Assembly (NCBI GenBank): GCA_000002445.1
Contig: CP000067.1
Span: 1,152,001 to 1,216,000 of the forward strand
Direction: 5' to 3'
Source: Trypanosoma brucei
Lineage: Eukaryota
DNA: 64,000 nt
A program made the position numbers and the translations under genes. Below, in pieces: positions 9,944 through 19,100 of this stretch; position 1 is the first letter of the stretch; each line of letters starts with the position of its first letter. The notes under the pieces were generated by a model. That model searched no databases. It saw only the letters and a list, made by a program, of their open reading frames with translations, and had not been told where the DNA came from.

Positions 9944-12900
9944 CTACTCTCTAGCAACTGCGTTGGCTTCACACACCTGCTGAATGCTCTTGCACATCTT
10001 TTGAGGGATCAGAGTTCCCTCCACACGCACCGTTAACAGGTGTGGCCTCATTTGCACTAACCGCAGGAGCGCTGCACCACCCACAGTAGAAATGGGATTG
10101 TTTGACAAATCCAAATGGCCCAGCGAGGCTCCACATTCCGTCAGCAAAACCTGGACAAGTTCCACCACTTCATTATTCTCCATGTTGTTGTGACTTAAGT
10201 TGAGATACTCCAATCCGCTATTCAGTCGCAGCACTTGCACGACTGGGAGTATGCCCTTTGGTCCAATATAATTCATGGACGTATCAACACGAGACACGAA
10301 AATACCGGGCTTGTCAGGAAAGTAACGCATCAACACACTGTTGGGTTTAACGCATGCGCGGCGACAGTAGGCGACATACTGTTGGCGAAGGCCCAGTAAA
10401 TTCATTTCAACAGCATCTAACTCCTCCTCCTGCCCGCGGCAGATTGGGGAGTCAAATTTAGCCGCAGGAATCAGCCGTGGAAGAAAGGAGTTATTGTGTT
10501 CCCCTCGGGACGCACCGGCCGAGCAAGAGAAGGAAAAGGAATTAAGAGGTGCTGGGTCCGACTGGGGGCCGGATAAATCGACGGAATTACCCCACGGTAT
10601 TTGCTTATTTTGTGGAGTCTTCGGCTTGTAAATGGGGTCAATTGACGTTCCCCGACTAGCAGCAACAGAAACGGCTGGAAGTAGTCCCTTCGCCTCTTCC
10701 GGCTCCTCTTCACTGCTCACGCTCGCGCGGGAATATTTGGGAATGACGTCAGTGTCCTTGAAGCACAACGTGCCACTGGTGCCTGACACCTTCTTCAATG
10801 AGGGTTGGATGATACCAAGGTCACAGGAACGCTTTTTGTCGCTACCACTGGTTACCTTAGAGGATTCTCCCCATTGCTTCTGTTCCCTCTTTTCAGCCCC
10901 CCCCACTCCTACTGCACTTTCCACGCAGGTTCCCCTATCTTCACTTCCTTTCCCCCATTTTGTCACGACAGTGTCCTGGCCCCTTTGTCCACAGAAACGA
11001 GTGGTGTTGTGGAGGGTGTCGGACGTCGCGCTCGTGTTAAGCCTTAAACCAGCACATGAGGAAGTTGTGGGGACTCCGCTAGCAAAACGCCCTGCCAACG
11101 ACACTTGCGACAATACTTTGTGGTTGAGAGGCTGCCCCAGCTGCGTCGATTCCTGGGTTCTCCGTGATGGCGTCGGTGTTTTCTCTACCGATGATGATAT
11201 CTTGGGGGACTGTGAGCGACATTCCCCTGTGCTAAGTGTTGGTGGGGCACCTGGCGATGTACTCAGGGTGTTTGGAGCCCCAAACTCTGACGTCTTTTGC
11301 TTAGAATCACTCAATGCAGAATCGCAACCGTTGGCCACCGGTCGGCGCGCTGCCGTCGTTTCCCCCAGACGCATACTCTTATCCATCGAGTTTCCCGTTG
11401 TTGCATCAAAGTGGGCCGTTTTGGCGGTTTTGAGCTGCTCTCCTCCCTTCAGTTCCCCAGGGTCGTGAGACGCCTCGCACGCAAGCGAGTCTACAGAAAA
11501 AATCAGGCTTTCTTGCCTGACTATCGGCAACGGTGCGCTCGAAGGTTGTCTTTTATTATTCACCGCAGCCGGGGCTGCAGTACCGCTCTTCACTGAACTA
11601 GGGGGGTGTAGATGTGAACGATGTACCTCTTCACAAATAAGCCTTTTACCTTCAAGAGCCCTTCTTTCCAACAATACAGTTTCTCCCGCGCACGTAAAGT
11701 GTTTCTGAGAAGCGTTTCCTTCCGTTAGTTTGTTGAGCTCCGTGCATAACTGCGTGGAACTGGAACACGGTATTCCAGGGGAAGGGGTTGAATGCCAGGG
11801 AGGCAGTAATTCCCTTCCTTGGGCTATAGAGGTGGTGTTCGAGCTGGCCTTATCCCTATTTACGCAAATGCCCGGTGTACATGGCGTTGGGGGATGTTCC
11901 TGCACATGAACATTGCGGACGAAGCGGCCTGGCGGTGCAGTCTCTCCTGACTTTCCATTTAATGAAGAAGGCGGCAGCGGTGGGGGCAGGTTCGGCATCC
12001 CCACCCGTTCTGTGAGCTTGGATGTATCTAGGCAAGGGGTTGGTGTGCCGCTTCTGCGGTATCGGTCACCTGATGGCGTTTCAGACCCTTGCGACGTCTC
12101 CTGTTGGTCCCAGTCACCAGCCAGTTCGTTACGAGGAGCACCGCATCCAATCTTCTGTGGAAGACCAAGCATGTATCCCTTGTGACGCTCAACAGGCACA
12201 ACATAGGGTGAACTCTTAGCTAACATTTCAGCGCGAGCGCGTAGGCATTGCTCGATGCTCCTAACGAAGCCTCTTTCCCTTTGAGAAGAACGGTAAAGAG
12301 CCTCGAGCCACTGAAACTCGTTGTCCACATTCAGAACCTGAAGGTTCCCTAGGAGCACACCGCAAACACGACTCTCCAGAAAGGGAAAGCGCGAGAGCAT
12401 GCCGAGGGTCATCGCAGCCAACTCCTCCGCAAGCAGTTTAACCACAGAGCTAACAGACTCCTCGACAACTGCGACCTCCCTGCGGTCGCCCACCGCGGCA
12501 TTTTCACGTACTGCTTGTAGCCGGCTTATAAGGGTTTCCAGTCGTGGGTCTGATACGTCGATATCTTCGATAAAGACACCTTCGCATGGCATGTCATGCA
12601 GGGACGGCATCAGCTTCTTGAAAGCCTGAACACGGTCTTCTGATGTCTTAATAGCACTCAGATTAAAGGGATGTAGCTCCTGTTCACACTTTAACTCCCC
12701 GTAGGTGGCGTCACTTGATATATGTACACCAACCTCCGGCACTTTGCGACCCATTTGCGCTGCACAAATAGAGACTTCATTGACAGCTGATGGCAATTCC
12801 TCAAACACACCAGAACCTGCTTCGTTGCTAATTGTACCCACGTACCGGGTGGTCTGTTTCCCTACATCCGTGTCGGTTAATGCGTGACCTTTGTTCCAGA

Positions 12901-15178
12901 AAGGCTTCACGAGCGTTGAAGACATAGCGTTGCTGTCACTTTTCCGTGAGACTGCGATCTTTTGCTTGTTGATGAGGGAACAAAACGTCTCCCCTGACGA
13001 AACGGGACGCGCTGTCGCATTGCTTCGGTGCGACGAGAGCGTGCAATCAATGCTAGATGTAGGGCATGGTACTCGTCGGTGACCAATACTTGTGTCGACA
13101 ACCCCTTCTGCCGTGTTATTTCCTCCGGATGACCCCACTGCTGCGGGAGTGCCATCGGCAACACCAACCGCCACCGCTACCTGCTTGTCGCACTGTTGTT
13201 CACTTGTGATTCTCTCACGACGCTCAGTGAGTTCCTGCGGCAGTGCAGACGACGTGCCCTCTTCACAGATCGACCTCCTCTTCCCGTCGCTTGGTTGGCG
13301 CTGTTTTACACCATGTGCGCAGACCGTCGCGGAATGCGGAGGTGGCAATTCTTTGTTCCTCAGCTTCGCCTCCTCCAAATCTATTGACAAACGGACCACA
13401 CACTGCAAACTGTTACTGTCCCTCAAAGAAGTTACAGCTTCGGCTACGATTTGCTCGCTTTCGGCATTCACAATGTGTGGCATGGCAACTGGGCCGGCGG
13501 TGGGCTCAGAGAGAGGCGCTACAGCAGCTGCTTTGTCGGTAAAGTCTCTAGTAGTCAAGCGTTGCCTTTTCTGCAGCACCGTTAACTCACTACGCACACG
13601 ATTTTCGTCTTGCCTTTGATCATCGATAAAACGTGAGACGCTGGCCCATGGATCTGGCACTCCGTCATACTTCCCCGGATCCTTTCGTCGTCGGCAAAAA
13701 GCTTCCATAAGCACATTGTGGAAGTACGAAGAAGGATCCATGTCAGTTTTTTCTCTTAATGCTTTCATACGTGCCGCCGTTATCGTCTCCCCACCGAGTG
13801 CATCGGTGCCTTCAGACTCATTTTTGAGATTCTTGAGGGCAGCTTCCACCTTCTCTGTAACAACCTGAGAAAGATAATCTCTGCATATCATGAGTGCACC
13901 TGGGCCAACAGACAGTACAGGATGTTCTAAAGAAGTTCGCATTCCTTTGCGCACCTCCTCCAACTGCTGGTAGGTCATCTGATGGAATTCACTCCCACTG
14001 GAAAAGTAAAAACTATACAATTCTGTCAGGTCCTGCAGTGAATCCTGGAGCTCACTACATCTCTGGCCTATTGCAAAGTGAATCGCATCCCACATTCGCT
14101 TTACTTTGAATTCATCCAACAGCCTGTTGCGTAGTGTGGCCCGCCGCGTCCATGATGCGCTGGGCACCTGTCGCTTGATTATATGATTAAGGTCAAGCTC
14201 CGGAACAACACTCCAAATGAGCTCTTTCTTTACCCGATCCATTAGGCGCTCCTGGACCTCTGAGGCTGCCGGGCTCAGTGAAACGCTGCGGTTACCATAT
14301 TGCCAGAATGCCTTCAGTGTGAAAATCGGATGACCCGCGAATACACCACCTCCAACGAAACACTGATGTACACTCCACAAAATAAACTCCACAACATCTG
14401 TCACCACAGCATCAAAGGCACTCTCTACCATAAATACCAATTCCGCCCACAGCGAATCGCATCCTTCGCCACTATAATCGTCAATCACGCGCCCAAAGCG
14501 TCCATCACCGAGACCGTTTAGAGCTGACACCAAATCTTTCTGCACTTCACCCACAACATCGCCGACGCGCTGCAGCGCCGCAGCCATAGACGCGTCCCAT
14601 TGTTCAAAAGAAGGAGGTAAAGTGCATGCCCCTTTCAATCTGCCTCCCTTTCCCGCACCTATCTCCTTGTTGAAGAAGAAGTTTATCCATTCCCACGAAG
14701 CAGTACCACCGTGGGTCTTACTTCCACACCTTGTTCCTACAAACTTCGCAACATCCGGGCCACCTTCTTCGGTCACCGATGACAACGGCATCTTGCTCAT
14801 GTTAGCCGTGCATAACTTGCCGTCGCTCCCGGACAACATGGCACAAACGGGCAGCACCTTGCAGACACCTACAAGCGAGCCAACAACAGATTCCCTCATA
14901 AAAAGAACAAAATCGTCAGAGACCTTAATACACTCAGCATTGGAGCGATCTTCAAAAACAGGATAAAGAAAGCGCCTCACGATTGCTGAATAGATTTCTT
15001 GCTCTCTACACCTTATCCATTTCACTACCTCCACGTCCTCCTGCTCCAACTTAGAACACAACTCCTCAGCAACAAAACCACGCAACCGCTGTCTTAATTC
15101 GTAGAAGTGACACCAGCCCTTCAATTCCAGCAGCGCACACACCGGACTCATCATGAAACACGACAACGCAACTAGCAA
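9944..15178 (-). CDS. large (1744 aa) hypothetical protein with C-terminal ribonuclease-inhibitor-type leucine-rich repeats and a long Ser/Thr/Pro-rich low-complexity central region
   Basis: A single 5.2-kb uninterrupted ORF. The C-terminus shows LRR consensus (LxxLxLxxN): ...LRLNSGLEYLNLSHNNMENNEVVELVQVLLTECGASLGHLDLSNNPISTVGGAALLRLVQMRPHLLTVRVEGTLIP. The centre (about aa 600-1350) is S/T/P/G-rich and looks disordered. A purine-rich tract on the plus strand (minus-strand pyrimidine tract) sits upstream at 15180-15265. The start codon is uncertain because several in-frame Met lie near the N-terminus. Confidence 0.75.
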   Translation of the reverse strand: MLVALSCFMMSPVCALLELKGWCHFYELRQRLRGFVAEELCSKLEQEDVEVVKWIRCREQEIYSAIVRRFLYPVFEDRSNAECIKVSDDFVLFMRESVVGSLVGVCKVLPVCAMLSGSDGKLCTANMSKMPLSSVTEEGGPDVAKFVGTRCGSKTHGGTASWEWINFFFNKEIGAGKGGRLKGACTLPPSFEQWDASMAAALQRVGDVVGEVQKDLVSALNGLGDGRFGRVIDDYSGEGCDSLWAELVFMVESAFDAVVTDVVEFILWSVHQCFVGGGVFAGHPIFTLKAFWQYGNRSVSLSPAASEVQERLMDRVKKELIWSVVPELDLNHIIKRQVPSASWTRRATLRNRLLDEFKVKRMWDAIHFAIGQRCSELQDSLQDLTELYSFYFSSGSEFHQMTYQQLEEVRKGMRTSLEHPVLSVGPGALMICRDYLSQVVTEKVEAALKNLKNESEGTDALGGETITAARMKALREKTDMDPSSYFHNVLMEAFCRRRKDPGKYDGVPDPWASVSRFIDDQRQDENRVRSELTVLQKRQRLTTRDFTDKAAAVAPLSEPTAGPVAMPHIVNAESEQIVAEAVTSLRDSNSLQCVVRLSIDLEEAKLRNKELPPPHSATVCAHGVKQRQPSDGKRRSICEEGTSSALPQELTERRERITSEQQCDKQVAVAVGVADGTPAAVGSSGGNNTAEGVVDTSIGHRRVPCPTSSIDCTLSSHRSNATARPVSSGETFCSLINKQKIAVSRKSDSNAMSSTLVKPFWNKGHALTDTDVGKQTTRYVGTISNEAGSGVFEELPSAVNEVSICAAQMGRKVPEVGVHISSDATYGELKCEQELHPFNLSAIKTSEDRVQAFKKLMPSLHDMPCEGVFIEDIDVSDPRLETLISRLQAVRENAAVGDRREVAVVEESVSSVVKLLAEELAAMTLGMLSRFPFLESRVCGVLLGNLQVLNVDNEFQWLEALYRSSQRERGFVRSIEQCLRARAEMLAKSSPYVVPVERHKGYMLGLPQKIGCGAPRNELAGDWDQQETSQGSETPSGDRYRRSGTPTPCLDTSKLTERVGMPNLPPPLPPSSLNGKSGETAPPGRFVRNVHVQEHPPTPCTPGICVNRDKASSNTTSIAQGRELLPPWHSTPSPGIPCSSSTQLCTELNKLTEGNASQKHFTCAGETVLLERRALEGKRLICEEVHRSHLHPPSSVKSGTAAPAAVNNKRQPSSAPLPIVRQESLIFSVDSLACEASHDPGELKGGEQLKTAKTAHFDATTGNSMDKSMRLGETTAARRPVANGCDSALSDSKQKTSEFGAPNTLSTSPGAPPTLSTGECRSQSPKISSSVEKTPTPSRRTQESTQLGQPLNHKVLSQVSLAGRFASGVPTTSSCAGLRLNTSATSDTLHNTTRFCGQRGQDTVVTKWGKGSEDRGTCVESAVGVGGAEKREQKQWGESSKVTSGSDKKRSCDLGIIQPSLKKVSGTSGTLCFKDTDVIPKYSRASVSSEEEPEEAKGLLPAVSVAASRGTSIDPIYKPKTPQNKQIPWGNSVDLSGPQSDPAPLNSFSFSCSAGASRGEHNNSFLPRLIPAAKFDSPICRGQEEELDAVEMNLLGLRQQYVAYCRRACVKPNSVLMRYFPDKPGIFVSRVDTSMNYIGPKGILPVVQVLRLNSGLEYLNLSHNNMENNEVVELVQVLLTECGASLGHLDLSNNPISTVGGAALLRLVQMRPHLLTVRVEGTLIPQKMCKSIQQVCEANAVARE

Positions 15179-15179
15179 A

Positions 15180-15265
15180 AGGAAAATACCTGATCATCAA
15201 AAAAAGGAAGGGGGAAAATGAGAAGACAAAAAAGACAATTTCCAACCATTCAGACACATAATCAA
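15180..15265 (-). promoter_or_regulatory. pyrimidine tract, candidate splice-acceptor region for the LRR-protein mRNA
   Basis: The plus strand reads aggaaaatacctgatcatcaaaaaaaggaagggggaaaatgagaagacaaaaaagacaatttcc immediately above the ATG at 15178. This is a pyrimidine run on the coding strand. Confidence 0.4.
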
Positions 15266-16173
15266 AACTGCCTCCATCGCCTCTCCACACACATCATCAT
15301 TCATGTATCCGATACAAAAACATAAAACATCACTAGGCACAAGAGTAAATGTGTAAATAGAGCATTATAATATCATAGACTGGATGCCAGTAACAAAAAC
15401 AAAGCACACTAGCAGTCACAGTTAACATTCAACTGGCAACAGCATGGCAGACATTGTTCAGTTTCATATTCCTTGGTTGTCTAAAGGTAAAATAGAAAGA
15501 ATGGGTCTGAGGGAATATGAGGAAAGTTACAATAAGCATATGGAAACATGCAGGAAGCTATGCACAGGTATTAGATGTTGTAAATAGTTGTCGGCAGCAG
15601 TTTCATTTGAGAAGTACCTCTCACAAGCCAAAATCTCCAAAGGAGAAATGTAAAAAGGGATTGAAGCAAACACGGAAAATAAACACCAGATGATAGTTTT
15701 ACTTCATGGCAACCCCCACTTCACGGGTTTCACCTTCTTATCGTACACATCTTTAGGTGTATGAACACAACTGATAACAACACTTTAAGGATAGAGAAAG
15801 TCACATAGCAACCCAAACAAAATTAATTAATAAAATCGATTGAAAACTTAACACTGAAAAAAAAAAGATAATAAAAAACTGTAAAAACATATGTGTTTCC
15901 ATCCAATTCCACACCAAAAACAAGAAGATTTGCGATCTTCAAACACAGTTCTCAAAAGGAGAGTACCCATGTCAGAAATGGAAAGCGTCTTTATCTACAG
16001 AGATATTTTAAGCACCCACCATATGAGGAGATTATTGCGTACACAAAAAAGAAAAAAATTAATGGCCACTTTATACAAAATAAATCTAAAGAAAAGATTG
16101 CACACATGATGTAAAATAACTTATTCATTCACTTCAATAGCAAAGCGCACATATAGCAATGTTACGGGGAATA

Positions 16174-19100
16174 TTAGCTGGCAGCGCTAACATTATCCAA
16201 GTCAATCAATTGCACGCCGCTACAATCACCTTCACCGCAGAAGGAATTGGAGGATGAAGAAAGCATTATAGCAGCTGCAACCCCCCCGAGTGAGAAGAAA
16301 CTTCCGCCCCTTTCAAAGGAAGGCACACTACCAGAGGTATTTCTCGTTCCAAAATCCATAACACAACCCACCTTCGCAGCAATCCGACGAGTGACACAGC
16401 GGCAACTGGCTTCATTCCAAGCATCCATACCTGGGGGTTTCTTAACACGCCAACGCTCACAAAAAGTTGCAAGCATCTTCTGTCGCTGGGTAGCAGGGAA
16501 TGTGCCAAGCAGAGCATCAATACAACCAGCAACTTGTTGGGCAGTGGCAGTTAAACCACGTTCAGGAGATCCCGACCCACTGGTGATACTACCAGTTACA
16601 TTATCTTCTTCCTCCTCAAATTCACGGTCAAGGCGCAGAGCAGCAAAGGTACGGCCAGGTACAGCATTCAACTGGTACATTTCCACAGGCTTCGGCACAC
16701 CACGTAGCGGCACATCACCCAAAGGCGTTACATTAAGTTGCTCACGCTCTTCACCACTCAGTGACAGGTATGTTGAGCGCGTCATCAGCACCTGACCACC
16801 GTTACCAACACTCTCCGTGCGTGCTGCCATGTTGGATGTGCGTCCATAATAGTCGTAACCTTTCGTTACTTCATCATGACGAATATCACACAATCCAGTA
16901 TGAATCCCCACACGTACACGCAACCCATTCCACAGTTGCCGATAAACCTCAGGGTCCAGGCTCGCAGTTGGTGGTGTGTAATCACTGTCATCTTCCGCAC
17001 GCTTTCGTTCGAATTCACGGTAAGACTCATCAAGCTCAGTGGTCTTCCAGTCATGGTTTAGAAAATCACGTTGCAAGTCACATGCGAGTTGTGCAGCAGC
17101 GAAGGGACTTTTACACGCAATCATAAAAGAGTCTCCAACAGTTTTCACTTCGTAGCACTCATACCGTGTGATGAGGGAGCGGATCAAACGGTGATGTGTT
17201 GCCACAAGGTCAGGCATTTGCTCAGGGTGTGCTGCCCACTGCGCTGTACTGCTCTCGATGTCAGTGAATATTAATGTTACGGGGTCTGTTGGTTCCTTGG
17301 GAGCATTATTATTGTCACGGGCGTTCCGGCGTGATGCCGATACAAGTACCAGAACCGTAACAAACAGTGCCAATACAACAACGCAGCTGACTGCAATAGC
17401 AGCAATGTGTCCTCTCTTAAGTCGAAACCCTTCTGTGTCACCGTATTTCATCGAGGGTGTGACGTGAGTCACCACAGGAGACACGGAAGGATTCAGAACA
17501 CGTGACATCGACCATACAGAAATATGCGTCGCACCATAGTTCACAGCACAGTGTTTCTCTTCAAATGAAGCCCCGTTAGTACACTTGTCATCAAAAGGAC
17601 CATATCGCATATCATCAACTGTAATGACAGATTGGCTGAAGATGGCGTCTACAAGTTCCTCCGGCGTTACATGTCCCATACGTTGCAGGATATTTATCAT
17701 TGCACGTGCGGTGACATATCCAAGTAATGACAATGGCTTCCACTTCGACTCATCTCGTACAACTCTGTGGAACTCACGTACCATATCGGATTTTGTGTTC
17801 TTATCTCCCCAATGTGGCAGATTCGTTGCGAATAGCAGACGGTCAGCAAATGGCTTGTCACGGAAGGCACTCACAAGTTCATCATAGAGTAACGCAACAT
17901 CAAAGAACGGGACAAAGATACGCACATTATGGTGTTTGCCAAGGTGAGAGAGGATTATGGGGATATCATCTGAGATGAGACCTGCAACTAATACCTCACC
18001 TGCAGTCGGTAGCTTGTCTCTCAAAGTAGAACCTTCACCACTCGCAACAAAGGAGCTTAATGACGATTCAAAGAAGTCAAGTGTTTTTTGCAACACTTTC
18101 CTAACTCCTCTCGTATCACCACTACGCACAATGGCATGCATCTTTCCAGCACCATTTTGTATGATATGCTCAACTATCACGAATAGTTGTTGCTCAAGTG
18201 TTGGTGACAGGTGGATCACATTCCTTCTGGGGTTACTCAGTTGTGGTGTGAGTGTTATGGGATCGATGAATGCCATACCCTTCGTCGACAGTAACGAATC
18301 ATCCACAACACCAAACACAGCAGTTACAACTCGCTTCTCCACTTCATCATACAGAGCTGTAGAAGTGTCATGAGATTTCGAGGATAGCCAGTGTAAAAAG
18401 AATCTATCAGAGTGACCAAGTTGACCCTTTCCAACAACATAAAAGGCACCATCGTATATTGCCTCTGCAGTACGCAGTGCCTTTGGGTCATCAGTTAGTT
18501 TAAACATGATGCCACTCAATGGGGCGTACAGCTGTGACAGGTCTCTATAGCAGCGAGATGAAGTAAGAGCTAATACACCTTCCTTCATAGGGTACAGACG
18601 GAGATCCTTTCCCATCTTCTTCATGTACACCACATTCCCACCCTGATTACATAAACATGATGCACCCCGCTCACCCGCCATACCACGGCACTCACCACCA
18701 AAGTCACCAACAACAATATCATCAATTACATAACGACGTTGATTGTAAAGTGATGTAATAAATGCATCCCTGCTAGTTAGCCATTCGCGACAACTCAGTG
18801 CTTGTTTCAATACCTCTCCAGCAATCCATCCGTCAACCATCAGCTCAGCTTCAGTGTCTTGCTCGGTGAAGTTGCTTTCGTCAACATTTAGGTTAACATT
18901 CCATTGTCCAGTGCCACTCAGAATATCTTTCTTTTCCTTCAGGTACTTTGCCATATCACCCTTGAATCGTTTGATTGCATCATAGCCATCATCCTTCGCA
19001 AGTGGATTAGTCCCAGTTATTATTATCTTATCAGGCACAAACCTGTCTCTACCCAATTCCTTTTCCCACTTATTCTCAATGACATATTGGAGTGTAGAGG

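Noticed and set aside
10632-11468. 278-aa plus-strand ORF opposite the LRR-protein gene
   Set aside because: It is antisense to the Ser/Pro-rich low-complexity core of the 1744-aa gene. Such regions generate long spurious ORFs on the opposite strand.
16247-18373. Recurrent plus-strand ORFs of 60-180 aa inside every cyclase copy (for example 16247-16795 at 182 aa, 16761-17126 at 121 aa, 17957-18373 at 138 aa, and their equivalents in copies 2-7)
   Set aside because: They are antisense shadows of a long GC-balanced coding region. They are conserved between copies only because the sense gene is duplicated. Their products are low-complexity and Ser/Arg-rich, with no independent start context.
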